From NCBI GenBank assembly GCA_963742415.1, contig CAVULX010000003.1, forward strand, positions 256,001 through 320,000: a stretch of DNA of 64,000 nucleotides, written 5' to 3'. The notes beneath the pieces are model-generated. The model ran no database searches. It was not told the DNA's origin and was given only the letters and a program-made list of their open reading frames with translations. How positions within the stretch are numbered: position 1 is the stretch's first letter; every line of letters begins with the position of its first letter. The DNA comes from an uncultured Parachlamydiaceae bacterium. Lineage in GTDB: Bacteria > Chlamydiota > Chlamydiia > Chlamydiales > Parachlamydiaceae. Positions 1 to 9,586 of this stretch are shown in pieces. The translations under genes were made by a program, and so were the position numbers.

Positions 1-332
1 CTTTCTGGTCCCATGGAATAAAGATGGGCCTTCAATTTTTGAATGACTTCTTCGACCAGGGGTATTTGGATTTCCCCTTTATCATCGATAAGAAGAGTGG
101 CTATGAGGCGGGTACGCAAAACATTCCGAACGGCACAGCTTTCTTGAACTTTCGATCTGTCGAGCCTTCGGGACAAATCATCATATTCTTCTGAACATGC
201 TTTTGTTATTTCATCTATCCCCTGAGTTTTTCGCTGCTTGGCAACTTGCGTGAAAATACGACGAAAAAATCGGGGATCGTCAACCGGGGTTTTAAATGTC
301 TCCAAAATTTTTTCAATCTTTTCAGAGGACAC
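1..332 (-). CDS. 5' part of a conserved hypothetical protein (runs off the window edge)
   Basis: Not in the ORF track. Manual translation from GTG at 332 (GAGG RBS upstream) is open to position 1: MSSEKIEKILETFKTPVDDPRFFRRIF...QESCAVRNVLRTRLIATLLIDDKGE... Confidence 0.75.
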   Translation of the reverse strand, partial: MSSEKIEKILETFKTPVDDPRFFRRIFTQVAKQRKTQGIDEITKACSEEYDDLSRRLDRSKVQESCAVRNVLRTRLIATLLIDDKGEIQIPLVEEVIQKLKAHLYSMGPE

Positions 333-411
333 GCAAGCACCTCAGAAGGTTGGAAAATTAATAACCGATTAGGCAAAAGGATTTAATAAATATTATAACA
401 CAGATTAATAA

Positions 412-439
412 TTGACTTTTTATTAAATTTTTATATAAT
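412..439 (+). promoter_or_regulatory. sigma70/sigma66-type promoter for the 482 gene
   Basis: TTGACT (412-417), 16 bp spacer, TATAAT (434-439); AT-rich context reduces specificity. Confidence 0.5.
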
Positions 440-481
440 AGTTAATTTAAATAATACAAAAAATTAAATGGTGTAGTAAAT

Positions 482-2158
482 ATGATATCTTTTAATGCCC
501 TTATCAAATCCAAGAATATTAACTTATCAAATGCTGTACCTACGTTACAGTCGGCTGTTGAAAAATTTGGCCACAGTTTCTGTATAGTAAAAAGATCTTC
601 AATAATCAGTGTCATTTACGCTTCTGCAACATGTAAATTAGCATGTTATGTTGAATCCCAATTTAAAAAAAGAGGGTTTTTCCAAGAAGATAATTTTATC
701 AATAAAATCATCCGATTTTCCGCGAAATATATTGTAGCTTCGACACTTGTTGAAGGGGGCTTCATGGTTGCCTCTTCCATTTTTAAAACACCTAAGCCTT
801 CAATACCCGAAGCGGTCTTGCTGACTTTTTGTGCTATTTGCTTGGAAAAAACATATAAAATTGGAAAAAGTGAATTTCTCAAGTTATATGGCAGTTCCAA
901 TAAAAATAAAACAATTAGCGGTACGTCTAGTTATCTAAAATCAATTCTTCCGAAGTCAAAAGTTTCGAAATTAAAACTTACAACAGATATCTTAAATGAA
1001 AGTGAAAAAAACTTAAATGAAGGAATTAATATTTCTGAAGATACTAAAGTTGAATTAATAAAGTTGATACCCCAAATATTGAACATAAAAAGGGATGAGG
1101 AAATTGAAGGCGTTCGTTTGTTTAATAGCCAACAAACACATCGGGTGTTTTCTCTGACAAGCTTGCCAGGAATCATTTTTAAAATGAATACAAACAATTG
1201 GATACCGTATGAAGACCAGACCATAAAGAAACGTTATAATTCCATGATCGAGGCAAATGCAATTTGCCGCCATCTTCAAAAAGACTCAGAGGAAGACATT
1301 TTGATTCTCCCCAAAGGAAAATTGTTTACTGTCACAGTAGGGAAAACCAACCATCATATAATCGCTGAAGAAGAGCTCTACTTTTCACATTACAACAGTA
1401 CGCAGGAAAAGCTTTTTGAGGAAAACTCTGATAAGCTTGCTAAAGCTTTAGAGATATACGCGAAATTCATCTGTGAATTTGATGCGAGTGATGTGGAATT
1501 TAGAAATAATCCCGTTTTGAATGATCAGGAAGATAGTGAGGGAAACTACAAAATAGGTCTACCTGATATCGAAGAGCGGCAAGGAGCTAAGTGGGGCTTA
1601 TTTGGAAATGGCGGAAAACCTCGCGGACTCATCGGACATGCCGTCACGGAAGAGCAATTTAAAATGATCTATGATATTGCCGTAAGTTATTCTGTTGATG
1701 CGTCTATGTATGAGGGTGCTTGCCAACGTCGAAGGAAAGAACTGGAAAACAATAAAAGTCTCAAAAAATTTTATGAAAAAAATAATATTCATGAGGATGA
1801 ACTTATTGACCTCGATTTAATTGACACAAAATTGAAAGGTTTTTCTGATGATGAAAAGGTTGAGAAAAAGTGCATAGCGTTAGCAAAGGGATTGATCAAT
1901 GAAATAAATGAAAGAATTCGCTCAAGTTTTCCAGAAGAAACGATTAAAGGGCAGAGAAGCATATTTATTGAAACCAATAAACAAGAGAACCTAACTTTTT
2001 ATCAAGCGGATTATACCCTTGTTTGCAAACCAGAAAACTGGACCCGACAAGGTCGTTTTAATGCCACCCTATTAGGTATCGTGACAAACAAATTAAAAGA
2101 GTTAGGGGTGATCCACATGATAACAGATATGGGTTCATTCTACTACGTTCAAGCCTAA
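482..2158 (+). CDS. orphan effector-like protein with possible atypical kinase-like domain
   Basis: 558 aa AT-rich ORF with N-terminal hydrophobic segments; ordered motifs RVF..IIFKM, IIAEE, SDVEFRNNPVL, IGLPDIE. Confidence 0.7.
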   Translation: MISFNALIKSKNINLSNAVPTLQSAVEKFGHSFCIVKRSSIISVIYASATCKLACYVESQFKKRGFFQEDNFINKIIRFSAKYIVASTLVEGGFMVASSIFKTPKPSIPEAVLLTFCAICLEKTYKIGKSEFLKLYGSSNKNKTISGTSSYLKSILPKSKVSKLKLTTDILNESEKNLNEGINISEDTKVELIKLIPQILNIKRDEEIEGVRLFNSQQTHRVFSLTSLPGIIFKMNTNNWIPYEDQTIKKRYNSMIEANAICRHLQKDSEEDILILPKGKLFTVTVGKTNHHIIAEEELYFSHYNSTQEKLFEENSDKLAKALEIYAKFICEFDASDVEFRNNPVLNDQEDSEGNYKIGLPDIEERQGAKWGLFGNGGKPRGLIGHAVTEEQFKMIYDIAVSYSVDASMYEGACQRRRKELENNKSLKKFYEKNNIHEDELIDLDLIDTKLKGFSDDEKVEKKCIALAKGLINEINERIRSSFPEETIKGQRSIFIETNKQENLTFYQADYTLVCKPENWTRQGRFNATLLGIVTNKLKELGVIHMITDMGSFYYVQA

Positions 2159-2179
2159 ATACCCTATTACCAGGAAATT

Positions 2180-2260
2180 AAACGCAAAGACGCGAAGATA
2201 AGCTTAGGTTGATGCGTATGGGATAGGCAGGTCGTAAACGGCAGGATAAGCACGATAAAA
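2180..2260. repeat. chimeric remnant of several palindromic intergenic elements
   Basis: CTTAGGTTGATGCGTATG (2203-2220) matches the right arm of the 37094-37244 element; TCGTAAACGGCAGGATAAGCA (2232-2252) matches the arms of 12731-12876; preceded by CGCAAAGACGCGAAG. Confidence 0.75.
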
Positions 2261-2365
2261 AATTATCAAACTACCAATAAAAACAGTAATATAAATTGAA
2301 ATTAATTCATAATTATTATATAATTTTTTTCAAAATTATTAATAATAGTTAAAAAGAAGGTTTTT

Positions 2366-2923
2366 ATGGTGTACGATCCAAAAATTAATGAGCACTTGAT
2401 GAAGCAGAATCAACCAAATAGTCACCATACACAATCCAACTCATCTACTAATTCTCAATCCCCTGATGTGTCTGCTACTACCTCAAAAACAAGCAAAATT
2501 GCAGACCAATTAATTAATTTATCTATTGTTCTAAGATACACTAAAAAAGCCATTAAATGGACGAATAAAGGGATCAAACAAGTTACTTATGTTTTACAGG
2601 GTAAAAAGTTACAGGATAAAAAGTCTGACGGATCTTTTGTTGACTGGATACGCTCGCCACAGGCCTGGGGAATTTATATTCTTGTAGTGGGTTCTTTACT
2701 TCTTGCCTATCGAAATACAGTGATTCCTTCTGGGCACGTGGGAAAACTGAGTAAAATCACTCCATTTTTTTGGACCTTTATTGAGGAATCAAGAAGGATT
2801 TCAATCGTGTATGGTCTGCTCGAAACAATCATCGAAATTGCCAAAAAACCAAAGCCTTACTTATTCCCGATTTTTTTTGCGACTTTGATGATTGGCGCAG
2901 ATTGTTATTCTGCAAAAAAATAA
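2366..2923 (+). CDS. hypothetical membrane protein (Inc/effector-like)
   Basis: 185 aa; Ser/Thr/Asn-rich N-terminus and C-terminal hydrophobic segments. Confidence 0.6.
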   Translation: MVYDPKINEHLMKQNQPNSHHTQSNSSTNSQSPDVSATTSKTSKIADQLINLSIVLRYTKKAIKWTNKGIKQVTYVLQGKKLQDKKSDGSFVDWIRSPQAWGIYILVVGSLLLAYRNTVIPSGHVGKLSKITPFFWTFIEESRRISIVYGLLETIIEIAKKPKPYLFPIFFATLMIGADCYSAKK

Positions 2924-2995
2924 ATTAAATCTCTTACCTAATTACAATTTTTTACAATAAATGAGGTGTGATTAAATTTTCATTTATGGCTCTTT

Positions 2996-4309
2996 CTATT
3001 GAAAATCCCCGTTTTTATCTAAGGTAACTGAAATCGCTTGGTAAATGTTATCTAAGTCATCTGAACTGATGCAATAGGGAGGAAGAACATAGAGGACATT
3101 TCCTAAAGGCCTCAAAAGAATATTTCGAGACAGAAAGAACTTATACAACCGATCACGGAGCTTTGAAAAATAGGAGGCTTCCTCCTTTGTTTTGTATTCC
3201 AAAACCAGAATAGTCCCTAAAGTTTCACACCTTGAAAGGTTTGGATTGCCTTGCCATCTCCGGCAGAAGGCTTTATGACTTTGTTCTATTGCAGAACGCT
3301 GCCTAGAGCATCCATCTGATTCCGATAAGTCAAAGCTTGCTAGGGCCGCTGCACATGCCAGAGGGTTTGCACAATAGGTATGCCCATGCAAAAGGGCTTT
3401 GCTTTTGTCATCCCAAAGAAACTGCTGAAAGATCTCTTCTTTGCATAAGGTGGCCGCTAAAGGCAAATACCCTCCTGTTAATCCTTTGGAAAGACATAAT
3501 ATATCAGGCTTGCAACGTAATAAATCGGTAGCGAGAAGAGGTCCAGTCCGTCCAAAGCCGGTCATGACCTCATCGGCGATCGTGATCACTCCATGACGGC
3601 GGCATAATTCCAATAACGCATCAAGCCCTTCGGCTGAATGGATCACCATCCCTCCAGATCCTTGAATCAGGGGTTCAAAAATAAAGCACGCCGATCGGTT
3701 TTTTTCGATGATCTCCTTAAGCTGTTTCAAAGAGGCCTCTTCTTTCCCTTTCAATGGGGGGTCTATCGACTCGACAGGAAACAGATGAGACCAAAAGGGG
3801 CGGTTGTAGGAAGTTCTGCCAGCGGCTGACATAGCACCAAAGGTGTCGCCGTGATACCCCCCTTTGAAAGATATGATCCCTGCTCGAGAGGTTGAGGGAT
3901 CTTGGTTGCTCCAAAATTGAAGGGCCATTTTAAGAGCTACTTCCACCGAGGTGGCCCCATTGTCTGTATAAAATACTTTAGAATAATGGTGTGAAGCCAT
4001 CGCCAATAAGCGCTCAGCTAATTCGATAGCCGGAGGATGGGTGAAGTCCCCAAATGTGACATGCTCTAACTGCGCCAATTGGGCGTTGATCCTGTCTGAA
4101 ATGTAAGGGTGGCAATGACCGTGGAGGTTGACCCACCAAGAGGAAATAGCATCTAAGTAGCGTGTTCCATCCTCAGCATATAAATAAACTCCTTGCCCCC
4201 GCACAATGGGAATAAATTCTCCGGCTGTTTTCATTTGGGTAAACGGATGCCAAATAACCTTGCGGTCTCGTTGAGAAAGTGTATCTAGGACAGAAAATGC
4301 TGTTTCCAT
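2996..4309 (-). CDS. bioA: adenosylmethionine-8-amino-7-oxononanoate transaminase
   Basis: IWHPFTQM, DAISSWWVNLHGH, YHGDTFG, IADEVMTGFGRTG, SKGLTGG (PLP lysine). Confidence 0.97.
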   Translation of the reverse strand: METAFSVLDTLSQRDRKVIWHPFTQMKTAGEFIPIVRGQGVYLYAEDGTRYLDAISSWWVNLHGHCHPYISDRINAQLAQLEHVTFGDFTHPPAIELAERLLAMASHHYSKVFYTDNGATSVEVALKMALQFWSNQDPSTSRAGIISFKGGYHGDTFGAMSAAGRTSYNRPFWSHLFPVESIDPPLKGKEEASLKQLKEIIEKNRSACFIFEPLIQGSGGMVIHSAEGLDALLELCRRHGVITIADEVMTGFGRTGPLLATDLLRCKPDILCLSKGLTGGYLPLAATLCKEEIFQQFLWDDKSKALLHGHTYCANPLACAAALASFDLSESDGCSRQRSAIEQSHKAFCRRWQGNPNLSRCETLGTILVLEYKTKEEASYFSKLRDRLYKFFLSRNILLRPLGNVLYVLPPYCISSDDLDNIYQAISVTLDKNGDFQ

Positions 4310-4902
4310 TTTGACGCATACCTTTGAATAGTTGATTTATTTATTTCCGGTTCCGGCAGCAATCGCGCGATGCAAGAAAAACCTGAATGTTTCAAAATCG
4401 CTTGCTCCCCTTCCGGGTACTCGGTCCCATTAAAAATAATGCCGCGGACGGGCACCCCCCTTGCGCGGAGGAGTTCGCAAGAGAGCAGAGTGTGGTTGAT
4501 GCTCCCCAAATAGTTTTTAGAAACGAGAATCCATTCCGCATCCCATTGGGACAACAAATCCATTTGCAAGGTGGTGTCATTAAGCGGAACAAGCAATCCC
4601 CCGCAGCTTTCAATCACTAAAGGAGCAGAACAAACGGGGAGCTTGATTAAAGAAGGATCGATCAAAGTATTTTCAAGACGAGCCGCATGATGGGGGGAGA
4701 ACCTCCCTCTTAAACAATAGGCTTCCGGATGGATCTTTACTGTCGAACTTACCAAGCTATGAACTGTTGCACTATCGAGATCTTCTTCATTTCCTGTTTG
4801 GATAGGTTTCCAGTAAGTTCCTTGCAAAGCTTCGACAACAATGGCGGAAACAATCGTCTTTCCTATTTCTGTTCCGATTCCTGCAATAATAATTTTGCGC
4901 AT
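4285..4902 (-). CDS. bioD: dethiobiotin synthase
   Basis: GIGTEIGKT P-loop, YWKPIQTG, IESCGGLLVP, YLGSINHT. Confidence 0.97.
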   Translation of the reverse strand: MRKIIIAGIGTEIGKTIVSAIVVEALQGTYWKPIQTGNEEDLDSATVHSLVSSTVKIHPEAYCLRGRFSPHHAARLENTLIDPSLIKLPVCSAPLVIESCGGLLVPLNDTTLQMDLLSQWDAEWILVSKNYLGSINHTLLSCELLRARGVPVRGIIFNGTEYPEGEQAILKHSGFSCIARLLPEPEINKSTIQRYASKWKQHFLS

Positions 4903-6033
4903 TTAGCCCTCCCGTTTTGAGGCGATGTGGGATAACAATTGGAAGATATCTTCATCGGAATTAAATGAATGAAGGCAGATTCTTAAGCATTCTTGCTTCC
5001 GTTTGACCGTTGGGCTTAAAATGGGTCTTACATCTACCCCTATGGATCCAAGGGAACTGGACAATGCTTTGGCTTTCGGCCCATCGCCTATTAGGAAAGG
5101 AATAAGAGGTGATTGGGGAAGGGATTGAGAAAAATTAAACATGTTAAAAATTTCAATAAACTTTAACCGCAATTTTTCCACTTGCTGCCTTTCACCATCA
5201 GCTAAAGGGAGGCGTTCATACGCGCATTTGATTGTCGCTAACACTTGAGGGGGCAAGGCGGTAGAATAAATGAAAGAACGGGCAAAATTGATAAGATAGC
5301 TTTGCAATGACTTTTGCCCCAAAATGATGGCGCCATGCGATCCTAAAGCTTTCCCAAAAGGGTGTACCCTAGCAAACACTTTATCTTCCAATTGATGGTG
5401 GCAAACTAACCCCTCCCCTTTGCTCCCGAAGATCCCTGTTGCGTGGGCTTCATCGACAATCAGATGGGCTCCATACTTTTCACATAAGGCCGCCATCTCT
5501 TTTAAAGGAGCTTGGGAGCCGTCCATTGTATAGATCGATTCGATGCAAACAAAGGTCTTACCGTGGCGAACTTTAAGACGCTTTTCAAGATGATTGCTGT
5601 CGTTATGGCGGAAAGGGAAACACCGGGCGCGGCTCAGGCGCATCCCATCATGCAAGGAAGCGTGTACCGAAAGGTCATATAGAATGGTGTCGTCAGGTCC
5701 TGCAAGCGAAGAGATCAAGCCGAGATTGGCCATATAGCCGGTATTGAAGATCAATCCCGCTTCAGCACGATGAAAATTGGCAATGGTGCGTTCCAACTCT
5801 TCGCAATAACTTTGATTCCCGGTTAATAAGCGGGATCCTGTTGATCCTAGAATCGCGCCTGTTCCATTTTGGATCATCCTTTCCCATTCCCGAGCGACAG
5901 CTTCACGCAACTCGAGAGAACGGGCAAATCCCAGATAATCATTTGAAGTAAGGTCTATCAGAGGCTTTGAACTCGTCAAAGAGCGAAATGAACCCTCTTC
6001 TTGTCGCTTGAGCAATTTAGATGCAAACCGCAT
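4903..6033 (-). CDS. bioF: 8-amino-7-oxononanoate synthase
   Basis: SNDYLG, GSTGSRLLTG, HASLHDG, VDEAHATG, FGKALG. Confidence 0.96.
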   Translation of the reverse strand: MRFASKLLKRQEEGSFRSLTSSKPLIDLTSNDYLGFARSLELREAVAREWERMIQNGTGAILGSTGSRLLTGNQSYCEELERTIANFHRAEAGLIFNTGYMANLGLISSLAGPDDTILYDLSVHASLHDGMRLSRARCFPFRHNDSNHLEKRLKVRHGKTFVCIESIYTMDGSQAPLKEMAALCEKYGAHLIVDEAHATGIFGSKGEGLVCHHQLEDKVFARVHPFGKALGSHGAIILGQKSLQSYLINFARSFIYSTALPPQVLATIKCAYERLPLADGERQQVEKLRLKFIEIFNMFNFSQSLPQSPLIPFLIGDGPKAKALSSSLGSIGVDVRPILSPTVKRKQECLRICLHSFNSDEDIFQLLSHIASKREG

Positions 6034-6035
6034 AA

Positions 6036-6152
6036 TTATTCACAACATCCTTTACAAGTCTGTTCAGAATTCACAGTTGGTCTTCTATCTGTGAAAGGGG
6101 CTGGTTTTGTCAAGCCCAAAATTTCGCACAAATCGGCAAGACGATCATGTCC
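6036..6152 (-). pseudogene. possible 3' remnant of biotin synthase (bioB)
   Basis: Start-less frame GHDRLADLCEILGLTKPAPFTDRRPTVNSEQTCKGCCE* whose stop lies 2 bp before the bioF ATG; GC-richer than the adjacent intergenic DNA. Confidence 0.35.
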
Positions 6153-6507
6153 TTAGGGAAAAAATTAAATCAAATTTGGCTCGATTCTTTCAAGAACTTA
6201 TTTCTTATAACATAAAGGGAATGCTTTTAAAACTGGTCTTAAAAATATAAAAAAAACAGGATACAATTATAATAATTATAAAAAAACATAAAAACATAAA
6301 AATTAATTAATTATTAACAATAAAAAAATCTGGTCTTTATAATAATTGATTATAATTATGGTATGAAAATAAAAAATATTAATTGATAAAAAAACAAAGA
6401 AAGTAAAAATTAATTAAATCTTAATAAATTTTTATTGAATTATTAACAATTATATATTATAATAAGAACATAAAAATAAATTTTAAACAATTAAAAGAGA
6501 TTTTATT

Positions 6508-8178
6508 ATGAGTGAAACTATAATTCAAAGAATTATAAATGCTGGCAGTAATGTAGTAAATACTGGCAGTACCTTTATAAATGCTGGATACCAGGTAAAA
6601 AACGCTTATACGAAGACCTGCAATTTTGCTAGCAGTGCAAAAGAGCGCTATGAACAGATGCCCCTTTGGCAAAAAGTTGGGCTTTATGCCGGCTTGGTTT
6701 TAGCCGGTGGAGCAGTAGCCGGTGCCAGCACTGTTCTGGTAAGCGGGTACTATATTTTTTCTAGCCTTTCTTTAGTAGAACAAACATTGACGATAGGAGG
6801 GCTTGCTGCAGCCGCACTTACTGCTCATGAAGGGACTAAATCGGTAGCGAATCGTTTTAGTGCCACTACGTTTAAAGATTATCCTCTCCCTTTGAAAATA
6901 TGTTCAGCTGTGGCTCTTTCAGCACTGGGATTGGTAGGCGCTTTGGTCGTTGTAAAAGCTGGATTAATTTCAGCTTCTGTCATTACTCCCGCTCTGCCCT
7001 TTATTTCATTAGCCCTTTTTATTGGAAAATTTATTCCTTCCCTGATTCCAGGAATTGGCAGCCTTTTTGAAGGTGCAAAAAATGCAGCTTCTCAAATGTT
7101 CTCTTCAAACGGGGAAAATAGAAACAATGTAGAGGCTTCTTCTTCTCCTTCGACTGCAAATGATACAAATGACCAGAATACACAATCTGCTGAAGCTAAA
7201 GAAGTTGACGACATGGTAAATGAGCTTAATGCGCAAAACGAAGCTGAACAAATGGCAAATGAGTTTCTTGAGCAACAAAACAACGAATCCGAAGTTTATA
7301 CTGGTCAAGCCAATACCGAAGTTAATGGCTGGATGAAAGAATTTGAGCAATTCGGCGGAGATCCCTCTGAAGGCGATCTCATGGCAGAAGAAAACGGAAA
7401 TTTCGCACCTGAAGTTAAAGACATCGTACCGCAACAGAACGAAGTTGAAGTAAAAGAACATCTTGAAGACGAAATTGAAGATCGAGAAAGAGACTTAGAA
7501 TCTGGTAGCAATACGACAACTACAACTTCATCTGAAGATCTGGTAAAAGGTTATGGCAAAGAAGCAGATGGGGAAACAGATGATGTAGTTGAGCTGCAAA
7601 ATATTGTTCTTCCTGAAGAAGTGGAAGAATTGGTGAATGATTTCACTAAAGAAGTAGACAATCCTTTAGATAATCGTTTGGATGATGTTTTAGCTAATGC
7701 TTTAGAGGAAATGGATAATGCCCCTACTGCTACAACAATTCAAATACCAAATCCCGAGAACAAATCGCCTGAACAGATTTGGTCCGAAGCGACTAAAAAA
7801 TACTTCTCTGAAGCCCTTCATCAAGCTTATGATGAGGTGTCTAACAAAGAGGTAGATGATCTTGGTGATCTAGTGTCTAAAGTGCCAACACTAGAGAGCA
7901 AAGAAATGCTTGAAGAGATTTGGAATAACGTGACTAAAAAATGCTTCCCTGAAACTCTTAATCAAACTTATGAAGAAATAACAGAATCAGTTGCTAATAA
8001 TATTGGCGAAATCGGAACAAAAGTTCTAGATGCAGCAACTGCAAAAGCTTTTGAGTCTGTATGGGAAGAAGTTGAGAAGAATGCATCAGAACAAGCAGCA
8101 AAAATGATTGGCGAATTCGTTAAAATCCTGGCCTCTAAAGCTATAGATCCCAATGTAATAGCAAGTTTGATTGGGTAA
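6508..8178 (+). CDS. Inc-like membrane protein with long acidic repeat tail
   Basis: 556 aa; two bilobed hydrophobic regions (about aa 55-105 and 130-185), then a Glu/Asp-rich tail with repeats EQIWSEATKKYFSEALHQAYDEV / EEIWNNVTKKCFPETLNQTYEEI. Confidence 0.75.
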   Translation: MSETIIQRIINAGSNVVNTGSTFINAGYQVKNAYTKTCNFASSAKERYEQMPLWQKVGLYAGLVLAGGAVAGASTVLVSGYYIFSSLSLVEQTLTIGGLAAAALTAHEGTKSVANRFSATTFKDYPLPLKICSAVALSALGLVGALVVVKAGLISASVITPALPFISLALFIGKFIPSLIPGIGSLFEGAKNAASQMFSSNGENRNNVEASSSPSTANDTNDQNTQSAEAKEVDDMVNELNAQNEAEQMANEFLEQQNNESEVYTGQANTEVNGWMKEFEQFGGDPSEGDLMAEENGNFAPEVKDIVPQQNEVEVKEHLEDEIEDRERDLESGSNTTTTTSSEDLVKGYGKEADGETDDVVELQNIVLPEEVEELVNDFTKEVDNPLDNRLDDVLANALEEMDNAPTATTIQIPNPENKSPEQIWSEATKKYFSEALHQAYDEVSNKEVDDLGDLVSKVPTLESKEMLEEIWNNVTKKCFPETLNQTYEEITESVANNIGEIGTKVLDAATAKAFESVWEEVEKNASEQAAKMIGEFVKILASKAIDPNVIASLIG

Positions 8179-8183
8179 ATTTA

Positions 8184-8208
8184 AGAGGGATGCGTTCCGC
8201 ATCCCTCT
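8184..8208. terminator. perfect hairpin, probable terminator between convergent genes
   Basis: AGAGGGATGCG-TTC-CGCATCCCTCT, 11 bp perfect stem, 5 bp after the 8178 stop. Confidence 0.75.
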
Positions 8209-8213
8209 CCATT

Positions 8214-8336
8214 CTAGAATGGTTTTTTACGTTCAATTAGGATGGATGATTCTTCAGGTTTCACTTGCATCAGTTCAGCTTTTCTTCTGAACTTGAACTG
8301 CTGCTTTTTTTTCGCTTTATTGCTTTTTCTAGCCAT
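8214..8336 (-). CDS. small basic protein (40 aa)
   Basis: GGAGG RBS, then ATG; MARKSNKAKKKQQFKFRRKAELMQVKPEESSILIERKKPF*; ends just before the hairpin. Confidence 0.6.
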   Translation of the reverse strand: MARKSNKAKKKQQFKFRRKAELMQVKPEESSILIERKKPF

Positions 8337-8594
8337 CGGAAAATCCTCCGATTTTAAACGTTTTAGCATAGAAATGCAAAGCCTTAAGGCTCTTAGATTT
8401 CTAGCTTGAAGAAGCTGAAATTGCCTCGAAGCAAACTCGGCTCTTCTTTCCTTATGTTAACAACTTAACATTTTTTTGCAAACCCCCTAACCCGCAGAGA
8501 ATCTGGTCTTCAGTTACGAACAAAATTTGGTATAGGTAAAAATATTCTTATGCTAGTCTGACCTGTCAACGAAAAAGCTATAGGTGAGGATATC

Positions 8595-9575
8595 ATGCCA
8601 AAAATGTTCGTGGTTTTGATTGCACTGCTGTTGATTGTTTTAAAACCGTCATTAAATGCCTTCGAAAAAGTGATCATTTGGGGACATAAGCTTCACTCCA
8701 GCACCCATTCCTATATCCATGATGGTTTTTATAAAGGATTTAAGTTTCTTGAGTATGATACTTATTGGTTTGACAACTCGGATAATGTCAAAAATTTCGA
8801 CTTTTCTAATTGTTTATTTATAACCGAAGGGCAAGTCGATGACAAAATCCCATTGAGGAAGGATGCTGTTTATTTGGTTCACAATGTGAACAGAAATAAA
8901 TATGATTCTTATGAAAATATAGCCTTTCAAGTTTACACTGATGACGTTCTTTCCAGAACTTTTTGTGTGAAGGTGGAACCCTTTATCTACTACGATTTTC
9001 AAAACAAAATCGTCTATATGCCTTGGGCTACTGACCTTTTGCCTTCTGAAATTGAGAGGATCAAAAGCAAGCTTTCACGGATAAAAAAAACAAAAAATAT
9101 TTACTGGATTGGAACTATAGGGGAAGGGGTATTTGGCAATAAACCTCAAATAACCCCTTTTATGAATGCTTGCCAAGAGCGCGGTTATACGTTCATCGCA
9201 AGAAATCCATGCGGTACAGGAGTTTCTAAAAAGGAGCATATCAAGTTGATTAAGACCTCTTACATGGCCCCTACTATCGTAGGTGAATGGCAAAAAAAAG
9301 TCGGGTATATTCCCTGCCGAATCTTTAAAAATATTAGTTATGGGCAAATGGGAATTACCAATTCAAGACATGTTTACGAACTCTTCGAAGAGAAAATTGT
9401 TTATAATCCAGATGAATATCAACTCTTCTTAGATGCTCAAAAAAGGCTCAATTCCCTTACTTTAAGTGAAATCGAAGAATTGATGGACATGGTTAAAACC
9501 AAACACACCTACATTAACCGTATTCACACTCTTCTCAACTTTTTGGATCAATTGCGAGCGCTTAATCCCAAATAA
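8595..9575 (+). CDS. glycosyltransferase-like protein with signal peptide
   Basis: N-terminal signal peptide; IIWGH...HSYIH, YMPWATD, GYIPCRIFKNISYG, KHTYINR resemble GT-B/CgeB-like proteins; GAGG RBS. Confidence 0.6.
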   Translation: MPKMFVVLIALLLIVLKPSLNAFEKVIIWGHKLHSSTHSYIHDGFYKGFKFLEYDTYWFDNSDNVKNFDFSNCLFITEGQVDDKIPLRKDAVYLVHNVNRNKYDSYENIAFQVYTDDVLSRTFCVKVEPFIYYDFQNKIVYMPWATDLLPSEIERIKSKLSRIKKTKNIYWIGTIGEGVFGNKPQITPFMNACQERGYTFIARNPCGTGVSKKEHIKLIKTSYMAPTIVGEWQKKVGYIPCRIFKNISYGQMGITNSRHVYELFEEKIVYNPDEYQLFLDAQKRLNSLTLSEIEELMDMVKTKHTYINRIHTLLNFLDQLRALNPK

Positions 9576-9586
9576 CCAAGGTCTAC

